64,000 nt of DNA from Promethearchaeia archaeon. GTDB taxonomy: Archaea > Asgardarchaeota > Lokiarchaeia > Sigyniarchaeales > SOKP01. Positions 8,626 through 18,957 of this stretch are shown here, piece by piece; within the stretch, counting starts at the first letter, position 1, and each line of letters starts with the position of its first letter. The stretch lies in contig JAHQWH010000226.1 in NCBI GenBank assembly GCA_029856105.1, positions 1-64,000 on the forward strand. Direction: 5' to 3'. The notes under the pieces are model-generated. The model ran no database searches. It was not told where the DNA came from and worked only from the letters and a program-made list of their open reading frames with translations. The position numbers and the translations under genes were made by a program.

Positions 8626-11502
8626 TTAGAAAATGATATCTTTTTTTCTAAATAAATACTTCAAAAGTTCGATTCCAATTAATCCTGGTAATGTCAATAA
8701 AATGCACATTATCCAATCTGTCCCACTTAGAAATAAGAAGTTGATCTGAAAGTTTAAACCGAATATATCGTTCACGTAATAATTTACCGAGTGCGAGAAT
8801 ACAATATAGAGGATGTGTAAAGCTAGAGTAAATAGACTTACAATTAACAAAGAAAGACAGAATTCTTCCTTTAAACTTTTTAAAATAGATTTATTTGGGC
8901 GCCTAAAAGTCCAGATAAATGTCGTTTCAACAATAAATAACGTTGTGATGAACATAGTCCTTGCTTTTTGAGCAATTAATTCGTTGGGAGTAGCTCCAAT
9001 CGGAATATAGCTAATATTCGGGTTAAGGTTCCATTCGTTTAATGGAATCATTCCCCCTAAGGTTAGTTGAAGCACTAAAACCAGGCCTAAACCCATTAAT
9101 AACGCTTGTATTAACATCATAATCCACATATTTTTGTTTAATAATTGTTGTTCGTCTCTAGGTGGTTCCTTCATTACATCCGAGGGATGTTTATCGATTA
9201 CCAAGGCTAAAGCCGGTAGTGAGTGGACTATTCCAAAAATATAAATATGTTGCCATTCTGAACTGAATAAATCGAAGAATGGGATGAATTCGTAGGTAAA
9301 AAATATGGTTGCTTCCATTATGTTTAAACAGATGAAAAAATATATAATGGTGCGAATTTTAGCAAATAGCCCACGACCAATCTTTACTCCCTTGACAATC
9401 GAAGAAAAATTATCGTCGCTTATGACCATGTCCGCAGTTTCTTTCGCTACATCTGTCCCCGTAATACCCATAGCTATACCGGCATTAGCAAGCTTTAACG
9501 CTAAAGAGTCGTTGATCCCATCCCCAGTCATAGCACATATGTGATCTTGTGATTGATATTTTTCTACTATTATTTCTTTGTCAGAAGGATCGACTCTTGC
9601 AAAAACTGAAACATTATTGAAATCGCTATCGTCTAAATTGGAAATATCGGCTCCTTCTACTACTAAATCTCCCTCTTTATAAATTCTCATTTGTGCGGCA
9701 ATCGTTTTAGCAGTAGCGGGGTGGTCTCCAGTGATCATAACGGTTTTTATACCCCCAGATTCGCTCTCTTCCACAGCAGATCTTACGTCTGGGCGTGGTG
9801 GGTCTAAAATTGAAATAAAACTCAAAAAAATTAGATTGGATTCAGTTTTTTCTCTATTTAAACTGTTTAAATCTTTAATTTTCTCAATATTCTTATAGGC
9901 AACAGCTAAAGTTCGGTATCCTTGGTTGGCTCGCAACTGGATTTTTTTTAAAAGCTCTTCTTTTATATCTTCGTCTAACATCTTTATTTCGCCGTTGACT
10001 TCGATTTTGTTTGAAATGTCTAAGATTCTTTCGGGAGCTCCTTTAGTAAAAGCAAAATTACCTTTAGGATTTGATTTAGACTTACATATAGTGGTCATCC
10101 GTTTGATTTCAGAGCTGAATGAAAATTCTTTCAAAACTTCGTACTTATCTTTTATATCGTAATTAATATATCCCGCTTTTTCAGATAGTACTAATAATGC
10201 TGCCTCTGTTGGTGACCCTAAAGCTTTTCTTACGGCCATTTCGTTTACATTTTTTAGTCGAACCTTAACATCCTCGTATATTAATTTAACATTGTTGTTT
10301 AATACTATTGAATCTATAAATTTCTGAAACGTAAGACTATCTTTTAACTCAACTTCGTTGTTATTTTCAAGAATTATTCCCTCGGTATCATAACCCGAAC
10401 CTGAAACATGATATTCTATATTGTTTATCCAAAATCTTTCTACGGTCATTTCGTTTTTGGTGATAGTTCCTGTTTTGTCTGCACAGATTACCGAAACTCG
10501 ACCAAGAGATTCAATCGAAGCTAAGTTTTTTATAATTACCCCACTTTGAGCCATATTTAATACACCAGTTATGAGGACAAGCGTTGTAAGGAGCGGTAAG
10601 TTTATGGGCATGATATTCATTGACCTTAGAATTGAACTTATTAAGGCATCGCTAATAAAATCTCCATATAAATTGCCTTCTATCCCTAAAAGTACAAATT
10701 TATAGGTAATTAAGATTATTAAATTGATAATAACTATAGATCCAAGGATATAACCTAACCTATTCAATTTACGCGTCAATGGGATATCTTCAATGCTACC
10801 CATTTCATTTAATTGATCCGAGATTTTACCAATCTCCGTATTTTTTCCCGTTCCAACCACTAAGGCTTTTCCCCTACCTGTGTGAATGTATGTCCCCATA
10901 AACACCATGTTAGTTCGTTTCTGGAGTGGAACTTTGTTATTTTCTAGGCGATGTTTGCCTTTTTCTACAGGCTCACTCTCTCCGCTAAGTGGAGCTTCGT
11001 CTATGGTTAAATTGGTAAATTCGATAATTCTAGCATCTGCAGCGATTTTATCGCCTTGTCTTAACAAGATAACGTCTCCAGGCACGATTTCTCTGGTAGG
11101 AATCTCAAATTGAACTCCATCCCTCAAAACCGTTGTCTTTAAAGCAGCGATTTTTCTTAAGGATTCTAGCGCTTTTTGGGCTCTGAATTGTTGAACAATT
11201 ACCGTTGTCGAATTCATAATGACTACAGCAAAAGTTATAATCGTAGAACTTGGGGAGCCAAGAATCAAAATAATTGTTCCTGATATAATTAGAATAATAA
11301 TTAAAAAATTAAAAATTGGAGCCAAATAAATTTTCCATAAAGACTTCTTAATTTTAGGCAACTCGTTATAACCATATTTAAGATATCTACTCTCTATTTC
11401 TGAAGACTTCAAACCATTATTCGGATCTGTTTGAAATTTTGTAATTAATTCATCTATTGATTGAGTTAGTAATTCTTCAGAACGAACTTGGATTAAATTC
11501 AT
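8626..11502 (-). CDS. P-type ATPase, P2A-like scaffold with non-canonical transport site (tandem paralogue)
   Basis: SGES, DKTGT, KGAPE, DPPR, TGD, GDGIND; M4 reads NIMPINLP. Confidence 0.95.
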   Translation of the reverse strand: MNLIQVRSEELLTQSIDELITKFQTDPNNGLKSSEIESRYLKYGYNELPKIKKSLWKIYLAPIFNFLIIILIISGTIILILGSPSSTIITFAVVIMNSTTVIVQQFRAQKALESLRKIAALKTTVLRDGVQFEIPTREIVPGDVILLRQGDKIAADARIIEFTNLTIDEAPLSGESEPVEKGKHRLENNKVPLQKRTNMVFMGTYIHTGRGKALVVGTGKNTEIGKISDQLNEMGSIEDIPLTRKLNRLGYILGSIVIINLIILITYKFVLLGIEGNLYGDFISDALISSILRSMNIMPINLPLLTTLVLITGVLNMAQSGVIIKNLASIESLGRVSVICADKTGTITKNEMTVERFWINNIEYHVSGSGYDTEGIILENNNEVELKDSLTFQKFIDSIVLNNNVKLIYEDVKVRLKNVNEMAVRKALGSPTEAALLVLSEKAGYINYDIKDKYEVLKEFSFSSEIKRMTTICKSKSNPKGNFAFTKGAPERILDISNKIEVNGEIKMLDEDIKEELLKKIQLRANQGYRTLAVAYKNIEKIKDLNSLNREKTESNLIFLSFISILDPPRPDVRSAVEESESGGIKTVMITGDHPATAKTIAAQMRIYKEGDLVVEGADISNLDDSDFNNVSVFARVDPSDKEIIVEKYQSQDHICAMTGDGINDSLALKLANAGIAMGITGTDVAKETADMVISDDNFSSIVKGVKIGRGLFAKIRTIIYFFICLNIMEATIFFTYEFIPFFDLFSSEWQHIYIFGIVHSLPALALVIDKHPSDVMKEPPRDEQQLLNKNMWIMMLIQALLMGLGLVLVLQLTLGGMIPLNEWNLNPNISYIPIGATPNELIAQKARTMFITTLFIVETTFIWTFRRPNKSILKSLKEEFCLSLLIVSLFTLALHILYIVFSHSVNYYVNDIFGLNFQINFLFLSGTDWIMCILLTLPGLIGIELLKYLFRKKDIIF

Positions 11503-11611
11503 TTCTCTAAATAATACTTTTTTAATTGAATAATTGAATAATAATAAAAAATATTGATTTAAACCTTATTAATTATGCATTCTTTCCACAATTCTTTAAA
11601 TGAGTAAAAAA

Positions 11612-12574
11612 TTAAAGGTCTAACTCTTGCGGGTCCCCTAAAATCTCCTTTAATTCATTATATTTTTTTCTAATTGTCGTGCTTGAGAATCGACTGGTGC
11701 GTTCAACGATACTTTGAGTAAAAATCTTGCGATTCTCTAAGGATTGGCCAATGTAATAGATTAAACCCGCTGTAAATGCTTTGTAATTCAAGCTTTGAAT
11801 TTGGATGTAAGTAATTTTGTTTAAGATTTCATTGACTTTTAACTGCATATCTAATTTTAATTGATTGTATTCAGTTTTATTGGTAAGATGTTGTTTGACA
11901 TCTTTAAATAATATGTTATTCAAATCTTTTTGGAACAAGATTTTAATTTTATTTTTTATTTGTTCTTCTAAGTTAGAACCACTTTCGGCAATTTCCAGCC
12001 TTTTTTCTGTTCTTTTGACCTTTAACATAGCGTTAGAAAGCATCTTTTTGTTTATTTTATGTCCTAATTCTCTTGTTCTTTTAATAAATTCTTCAATTCT
12101 CACGTTTGTAGTTTCTTTTATCTCCATCCATACTATTGCAAGAAAGATAATGACCATATTTTCGTATGTTTGTCGATGATGTTTGTTATATAGCAAATAT
12201 TTTGCTTTAATTTCTTGATATTTTACAGAATCTATATTTAGGCCAATGCCATAACCCTTTAACAAGTCAATCGTCTTTTTCTGTTCAGAAAAGTTGCTTT
12301 GATAGTCCCGAAACCATATCTTTAAAGTATTGATTTGATCGTATCGTTTTTTAGTCTTTGGGTCCTGAATTGCTTTTGAATTACTTGTTCGAATTTTTCT
12401 TTCATATTCTAATCGGGAATCAGAAAAATAGTTTGAAGGAGAGGATGTTTCAAAAGCAACATAATCTTCTAAGATTATACCACAATCTTGGCATACAAAA
12501 TACCCACTCTCTTGCTTTACGTTTTTATGGGTACAAGCGGTTAATTCCTTACCATTTTTTTTTTTATCGTTCAA
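11612..12574 (-). CDS. Divergent TFB/TFIIB-like protein (Zn ribbon + cyclin-like folds)
   Basis: CxH...VCQDCG Zn ribbon; C-terminal AGLIYY..TQS.V......S.TTIRK.Y.EL HTH resembling the TFB C-terminal repeat. Confidence 0.7.
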   Translation of the reverse strand: MNDKKKNGKELTACTHKNVKQESGYFVCQDCGIILEDYVAFETSSPSNYFSDSRLEYERKIRTSNSKAIQDPKTKKRYDQINTLKIWFRDYQSNFSEQKKTIDLLKGYGIGLNIDSVKYQEIKAKYLLYNKHHRQTYENMVIIFLAIVWMEIKETTNVRIEEFIKRTRELGHKINKKMLSNAMLKVKRTEKRLEIAESGSNLEEQIKNKIKILFQKDLNNILFKDVKQHLTNKTEYNQLKLDMQLKVNEILNKITYIQIQSLNYKAFTAGLIYYIGQSLENRKIFTQSIVERTSRFSSTTIRKKYNELKEILGDPQELDL

Positions 12575-12697
12575 AAAAGATCAATAAATTATTATATAGT
12601 TCAAAAAAAATATTAGTTTTTAATTTATAACTTTTTATAAAAAACCATCAAATTAAATATTATATAAAAGATTTTAATATTTTAAAGAAATTAATGA

Positions 12698-13270
12698 GTG
12701 ATTAAAATGGAACGTAAAGTCATTTTAAAATGGTTGTCAATTTTTAGCATCAGTTTCTCTATAATTTCAATAGTCGAACTGCTTGATCTTATTATTTTTA
12801 GTACAGCAATTAATATGGATTTAGATGGTCAATTAACAATTTTTTACTTAATATTTCAATCAGGGTATATGTCTATTCACGCACCACTTTTGTGGATATT
12901 TTTATTATGCGTAATTTGCGCATTCATCGCCTTGACACTTTCAATATACAGAGTTGCAAAGAAACAAATCATTGAAAATTATAATCTAGCCAAGTTTTTG
13001 CTACTTATTGGTTTGTTTTTTGTAATTGGCGGTTTTATCAAAATGAGCTTTATTGTTTTATTGGGTAACAATATAGTGAGTACGGGTTTAAACCCAACAT
13101 TTCAAAACGCTTTATATTCGCCTACTATTACACCTGTAATCGGAGCTATAATGTGGGTTTATTTTATTGTTGTTGTATGTAGTATTTTGATTTCTGGCTT
13201 GATTTTTGGCGCAATTGGTCTTCAATGGATGCTCCTTATTCAAAATGAAAAAGCCTCTCAAGAACAATAG
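12698..13270 (+). CDS. Four-TM membrane protein of unknown function
   Basis: 190-aa ORF with four hydrophobic segments. Confidence 0.7.
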   Translation: MIKMERKVILKWLSIFSISFSIISIVELLDLIIFSTAINMDLDGQLTIFYLIFQSGYMSIHAPLLWIFLLCVICAFIALTLSIYRVAKKQIIENYNLAKFLLLIGLFFVIGGFIKMSFIVLLGNNIVSTGLNPTFQNALYSPTITPVIGAIMWVYFIVVVCSILISGLIFGAIGLQWMLLIQNEKASQEQ

Positions 13271-13372
13271 TAACTTACGAAAATCCTTAATTTATTCTCT
13301 TTTTTTTGTAATTAAATAATCAAAAAAAAAAGAAAATAGGATAGTTTAACAAAAGAAATAAAAAACCTAATT

Positions 13373-14500
13373 TTAAAACAAACCTAAGTTTCTTGTGATT
13401 TTCTCTCGGTTAGGATCTTGATTAATTTGTTTTCGCACATTCGAAAGGAGTCCTTCTTTACTTAATCCAATTTTTTCTAAAGTAAAATTTACTCCCGATT
13501 CGTTGAATTTTCCATCTCGAATCATCGGAGTTAGGCGCTTCAGAGTGATTAACCATTTTTTCCTAATGCTCGGGTCTTGACGGATCAATTCAGCGAATTG
13601 TAGGGCGTATGGAAGAGCCCCAAATCGATTCAAATCGTAGAAAAGAGCGGCGGCGATAACATGACAGCTAGTCTTGAGAGTATTTGAGTTCCCTTTCTTT
13701 ACTAAATTCTTGGATTCTATTAGCTGAATTATGTCTTCCTCGTTATAATCTATTACATGATATGGCAATATTATTCGAGGAACGGTGTGATTTTCGAAAT
13801 CTTCAGGCGTAAAGTAACGCTTTCTATCTTCTTCTGTAAAGGACTCTCTATTAATAAAGCTTGGTTTCCAATCGTGCTCTATTTCGTGTTGTGGAATTTC
13901 GTAAAAATACCTTCTAATCTCGTCGGGGGAGTATCCGAATAGAATAATAGCTATTTCGCGTTCCATCGCCTCTCGTACAACTAAGCTATGAACTAAATCA
14001 CCACAACTATCGCATAAATTTCTTGTCAAGGTCAAATCATTTGAATCTTGATTCGTAAATACCCATTGATATAATTTCCTAAATGTTTCTTTCGCACCAT
14101 CGATTATAATGTGATCTACGCTTATCTTTTTGAGAGTATCTTTCATGTTTTCGAAAGCAGTATCTGGGATAAACCCTGAGTCAATAGTTACTGCGAGCGG
14201 GTTAAACCCATAATCGTGTACCACTGTATATAAAAGAGCAGTCGAATCCTTTCCTCCCGAATAACCCACAATACAATCGTACTTATTCTCTTCTTGGCGT
14301 GAACGCATAAGTTCAATGGTAGAATTCCAATCCTTTAAACCAGTTTCCTTCATTTTCTCAGTTATTTGAGTCTTCCACCAATTTGTAGTTCTGTAAGTTG
14401 GATTTTCACAGTAATTACAAATTCCTTCAGAATTTAACTTAATTCCAAAAGAACCGTCAATCAAAATACAATTTTTGCAGATATAATGTTCATGTATCAT
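13373..14500 (-). CDS. PP-loop ATP pyrophosphatase, N-acetyl-sugar amidotransferase (WbpG-like) family
   Basis: N-terminal CKNC...GICNYC; YDCIVGYSGGKDS; LAVTIDSGF. Confidence 0.8.
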   Translation of the reverse strand: MIHEHYICKNCILIDGSFGIKLNSEGICNYCENPTYRTTNWWKTQITEKMKETGLKDWNSTIELMRSRQEENKYDCIVGYSGGKDSTALLYTVVHDYGFNPLAVTIDSGFIPDTAFENMKDTLKKISVDHIIIDGAKETFRKLYQWVFTNQDSNDLTLTRNLCDSCGDLVHSLVVREAMEREIAIILFGYSPDEIRRYFYEIPQHEIEHDWKPSFINRESFTEEDRKRYFTPEDFENHTVPRIILPYHVIDYNEEDIIQLIESKNLVKKGNSNTLKTSCHVIAAALFYDLNRFGALPYALQFAELIRQDPSIRKKWLITLKRLTPMIRDGKFNESGVNFTLEKIGLSKEGLLSNVRKQINQDPNREKITRNLGLF

Positions 14501-14613
14501 ATTATTTCTCCTACAATCATAATTTACAAAGTTTATAGGATAAAATATTGGATGTATTTAAAAGAAAAAGTATAAAAAAAATAAAAAAAGATAAAACAAT
14601 TTAAGAGATCAAG

Positions 14614-15561
14614 TTAATTTAATTTCTCTTTGATTTGTTTTGCCCTACTTCGTAGAGTTACCTCAGTGATCTTTGCTACATCGGCTACCAAGGATTGAGT
14701 TTTTTTAATCGCTCCGTCTTTAGCTGCGATATAAATACAAGCCGCGGCTAAACCTTTTGGATCTTTTCCAGTTCGCGCTAACCCATTTTTAGATGCGGTT
14801 CTCAACATTTCTATAGCTACTTTTTGAACTTTCATGGGTAAGTCTAACTCGTTCCCAAATCGAAAAACAAGCTTCTCTGCCGTAATTGGCTGATATCTTA
14901 GGCCCAATTCGGGTAGAATTTCGCGAATAATCATTGAAAGGCTTCTATGTACCGTTCTTCGCGGCGTGAGGGACGCTTCACAGACTTCGTCTAATAATCG
15001 AGGGAAATCGTGAACCCTTATCGCGGCGTATAAAGAACCTGCTATAAACCCATTAATAGATCTTCCCATTGTTAGCTTCTTTTTAGCTACAATACTATAA
15101 ATCTTCCATGCCGTTTCTGAAATATATTCTGGAATGTTTAATTTTGAGGTGAGCATCTTCAACTTAGGTTTTGCTTCCCAGAAGTTCCTTTCAATACTTG
15201 ATATTAAAGAATTTTGAATTTTTGATAAGCGAGAAAATAAAGCTTGCTCTTTAGGACCTATTGATTTTCCTTTTGAGTCTGTCTTTGTGGTAGGAAGCAT
15301 TGTTCGAGGGCCAAAATCCCTCCAACGGGGCTCTGTTCTTCTTCTATTCTGTATTTCTTCCACAGTATATGCCCTTCGCTCATTCCCTACGTAAGTTCGT
15401 TCTGCAATCATACCACAGTTAAGACATACTTTATTCCCATCACGTTCTTCAATAGATGGATTATCACAACACTTAATACTACTTGTAGAGGACAAATTAT
15501 CTTGATCTGCATTCTTAGTTTTTATTAGATCACGGTAATTACTATTCATATTATACATCAC
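14614..15561 (-). CDS. tfb: Transcription initiation factor IIB (TFB)
   Basis: Zn ribbon CC...VCLNCG; E.RAYT B-reader-like segment; GRSI and GKDPKGLAAACIY; TQ..VA..A..TEVTLR. Confidence 0.92.
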   Translation of the reverse strand: MMYNMNSNYRDLIKTKNADQDNLSSTSSIKCCDNPSIEERDGNKVCLNCGMIAERTYVGNERRAYTVEEIQNRRRTEPRWRDFGPRTMLPTTKTDSKGKSIGPKEQALFSRLSKIQNSLISSIERNFWEAKPKLKMLTSKLNIPEYISETAWKIYSIVAKKKLTMGRSINGFIAGSLYAAIRVHDFPRLLDEVCEASLTPRRTVHRSLSMIIREILPELGLRYQPITAEKLVFRFGNELDLPMKVQKVAIEMLRTASKNGLARTGKDPKGLAAACIYIAAKDGAIKKTQSLVADVAKITEVTLRSRAKQIKEKLN

Positions 15562-15882
15562 AAAAATTTATTGATAAAATTGCCATCTAACGCAAATTTA
15601 ATACAAAAATTAGATCATATTACGACTTTAATAATACTAATAATATCATAATATCCAAGTCATAAATTTAAATCTTTGTCTTCAAAATTGTAGAAGTGAT
15701 AAAAGGGGAACGTAATGGGAAGCAGAATATAATGTTTTAGTCATTTCTTCTCCTTTTATTATTAATAAGGATAACACTTTAAAGTTTTAAGTTCAAAAAT
15801 TAAAATAAGATAAATTATTAAATTTTTAAAAAAACTGTATAACCAATAATTTCTTTTAAATTATATTAGAGTTGGTGTATAA

Positions 15883-16398
15883 ATGGATTTTTACGAAGTT
15901 GTGAGAAAAAGAAGAAGTTACAGGGTTTATAAGCCTGAAATGCCTGAAGAAGAGAAAATTACTCGTATCTTGGAAGCAGCGAGATTGGCTCCAACTTGGG
16001 CAAATAAGCAAGGTATGCATTATATTGTTGTTAAAGACTCAGAAGTTGTGAGAAAGATATGGAAGGCCGTTGGACAAGCACAAAAGTTTGCCGCAGCCCC
16101 AATATTTGTTGTAGGCGTAATCTCCGAATCAGGATCAGGAGCAAACGCAAATGGTATAAAATATTTTCCATTAGATTGTGGAATTTGCTTCGAACATCTA
16201 ATCTTAGCCGCAACAGCGGAAGGTTTGGCTACTTGTTGGATTGGTTGGTTTGACGAAGTTAAAATAAGAGACATCCTTGAAATACCAAAAAAATATAGAG
16301 TCCTAGCTTTAACCCCATTAGGATATCCTGTAAAACAGAAGGGGGATGTTGAGGAGCGTAAACCGCTCGAAAAGATAGTACATTACAACAAATTTTAA
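15883..16398 (+). CDS. Nitroreductase family flavoprotein
   Basis: RRSYR, LEAARLAPTWANKQ, GLATCWIG, LGYP motifs. Confidence 0.92.
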   Translation: MDFYEVVRKRRSYRVYKPEMPEEEKITRILEAARLAPTWANKQGMHYIVVKDSEVVRKIWKAVGQAQKFAAAPIFVVGVISESGSGANANGIKYFPLDCGICFEHLILAATAEGLATCWIGWFDEVKIRDILEIPKKYRVLALTPLGYPVKQKGDVEERKPLEKIVHYNKF

Positions 16399-16478
16399 TT
16401 AAATTTTTAAAAATCTTTCTTTTTTTATTTTATTAATTTGTAAGTAAAGATAAAATAATTTCGAATTTTACTTTACTT

Positions 16479-18200
16479 ATGAAAATTGTAAGAATCGATG
16501 TTAATTCGAACGAAATTGATTACGAAGAAATAACTAGTGATTCAAAATATCTTCTTTTAGGAGGTCGTGGATTGACATCCCAAATCGTTCACGACGAGGT
16601 TCCACCGAAATGCGATCCACTTGGACCAGAAAACAGGTTTATTTTATCAAATGGTACACTTGCTGGAAGTCCATTCCCAAATTCTGCTCGTACTTCAGCA
16701 GGGGGTAAAAGTCCTTTAACCAATGGTATTAAAGAAGCGAATGTCGGAGGTAGAGGTGCAATGATGCTCGCTAGGCATGGAATAAGGGCGTTAGTATTGC
16801 AAAATAAATCCCCCGAGCTAAAAATCGTTTTAATTACCGACGATGGAATTGAATTACTACAAGGCAAAGAATATAAAGGATTAGGAAACTACAAGCTTCA
16901 TCGAAACTTAAAAGAAAAGTTCGGGGAAAACATAGGTATTTATTCCGTTGGACCTGCTGGTGAATTTATGATGAAATCAGCTACTATTGCAGCTAACGAT
17001 TTAGAAGGATATCCTAGCAGGCACGCCGCACGTGGTGGTTTAGGGGCAGTAATGGGTTCTAAAGGAATTAAAGCTATAGTAATTAAACCCACAAAAGAAT
17101 CAAAAGTCAAAATTCACGATTTAAAAAAATTTAGAGAAACTTCAACGCCATTTGCAAAAAATTTGGCAAAAACTAAAGAAGTGTTTTCAACCTTTGGTAC
17201 GCCTTTAATGATGAGAGCAATGAGTGAATATCGCGGAATTCCTACCAAAAACTTTCGAATGGGTTCATTTGATAAAATCGCAAATATCACTGGAGAAAAA
17301 CTCCATGAGCTTATAATGGCTCGAGGGGGAAAAAATCGATTGGCGTGTTCTCCTAACTGCGTAATAAAATGCTCTAATTTAGTTGTGGATAAGGATGGCA
17401 ATCACTTAACTTCGAGTCTTGAATACGAAACAATGGCGTTAAATGGTTCTAATCTAATGATTGATGATCTAGATAGTTTGGCTAGGATTGACCGTTTATG
17501 CGATGATAATGGTGTTGACACGATAGAATTTGGTGGTTCTGTGGGGGTTGCTATGGATTGTGGAAAAATTGAATGGGGCAACGCTCAAAAAGTCTTTGAA
17601 ATCTTGGATAAGGAAATAAGGAATAATACGGAATTAGGAAAACTGTATGGAAATGGAGTTAAGAATATTGGCGAAAAATTAAATGCAAAAAGAATTCCTC
17701 AAGTAAAAGGCCAAGGTATTTCTGGTTACGATCCAAGAGTGTTTAAGGGAATGGGGGTAACATTCGCCACTTCACCACAGGGCGCTGACCACACCGCTGG
17801 AGCAGCAATAGCGGGTAGAAATGCAAACCAGGCTAAAGATTACGGTGAATTAACTGAGAACGAGGGTAAATTCGACTTATCATACGAACTACAATTGTAT
17901 ACGATTGTCATGGATTCGATGGGTTGTTGTTATTTTATTGGTCCCAGTTACGAAAACATGGAGCTTATTGCCCATGCGATTAATGCTATGTATGACCTTA
18001 ATTTAACGAGAGACGATGTAATCGATATTGGGAAAAACATATTAAAAACGGAAATTAAATTTAACGAAAAAGCAGGCATCACGAATAGTACGAATGACGT
18101 ACCCGAATTTTTCAGACAAGAGCCATCAGAACCTACTGGTTTAAAATACACTTTTTCTAAAGAAGATTTGAAATCATTCTGGGATAAATTGAGGGAATAA
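16479..18200 (+). CDS. Aldehyde:ferredoxin oxidoreductase family (tungstopterin)
   Basis: GGRGL, DPLGPEN, KSPLT, GRGGLG-like ARGGLGAVMGSKGIKAI, EYET, GADH. Confidence 0.92.
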   Translation: MKIVRIDVNSNEIDYEEITSDSKYLLLGGRGLTSQIVHDEVPPKCDPLGPENRFILSNGTLAGSPFPNSARTSAGGKSPLTNGIKEANVGGRGAMMLARHGIRALVLQNKSPELKIVLITDDGIELLQGKEYKGLGNYKLHRNLKEKFGENIGIYSVGPAGEFMMKSATIAANDLEGYPSRHAARGGLGAVMGSKGIKAIVIKPTKESKVKIHDLKKFRETSTPFAKNLAKTKEVFSTFGTPLMMRAMSEYRGIPTKNFRMGSFDKIANITGEKLHELIMARGGKNRLACSPNCVIKCSNLVVDKDGNHLTSSLEYETMALNGSNLMIDDLDSLARIDRLCDDNGVDTIEFGGSVGVAMDCGKIEWGNAQKVFEILDKEIRNNTELGKLYGNGVKNIGEKLNAKRIPQVKGQGISGYDPRVFKGMGVTFATSPQGADHTAGAAIAGRNANQAKDYGELTENEGKFDLSYELQLYTIVMDSMGCCYFIGPSYENMELIAHAINAMYDLNLTRDDVIDIGKNILKTEIKFNEKAGITNSTNDVPEFFRQEPSEPTGLKYTFSKEDLKSFWDKLRE

Positions 18201-18208
18201 TTCTTTTT

Positions 18209-18787
18209 TTAAATATAGTTCAGTAATCCTTTTTTTTTCATACTTAATTCTGCTACTATTATTAACAGTATTCCTATTAAAGCGAGGATTAATGGTAATA
18301 AAATATTAACAATTAAGTAATGAAATAACAACGAATAAGTAAATATATTCAAAATAAAATAGGCAAACCATAAAAATAATTTTATAATGCAGTACCCTAA
18401 ACCACTAAAGATGAAGATTATTCTGTGTTTCTTATAGAGCGATAACGAAAAGTGCCAACAACTAACAAGTAAGAGGTTAGAACTAACAACTAAAACGAAT
18501 AAAATCATCAAAGATGAAATAAAATAAATAGCTGTTATGATGAGACTTATAATTATTGTTGCTATTATTAATAAGATCTTCGACGAATATTTAACGATAA
18601 AATCTTGTTCTAATTTTAAGAAAATACTCAATATAAAAGGAGGAATACAAATAAAAATAAAGAGTAGATACAAGAAGGGATTGTTAAGAATAAAATAATC
18701 AAAAGATATTGATATAATAATAACTAACAAAAGCATGAAACTACCTTCTAGTCTACATTTTCCTTCTTTTTTACCTTGAATACTCAT
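18209..18787 (-). CDS. Multi-pass membrane protein of unknown function
   Basis: About 6 hydrophobic segments; ends MKKKGLLNYI. Confidence 0.65.
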   Translation of the reverse strand: MSIQGKKEGKCRLEGSFMLLLVIIISISFDYFILNNPFLYLLFIFICIPPFILSIFLKLEQDFIVKYSSKILLIIATIIISLIITAIYFISSLMILFVLVVSSNLLLVSCWHFSLSLYKKHRIIFIFSGLGYCIIKLFLWFAYFILNIFTYSLLFHYLIVNILLPLILALIGILLIIVAELSMKKKGLLNYI

Positions 18788-18957
18788 ATTTTAATTATAA
18801 TTAGTTCTCTAATTAACATTCTGAAATTTCTTTTAAACTCTCATAAATTAAAAACTTAAATAGAAAAAAAAGTATTCTGAATTAATACTAAAATATTTGA
18901 ATTCTTATTCAAATTAAATAAAAAGAATTAATAATTACTAGCAACGAGCTATAAATC

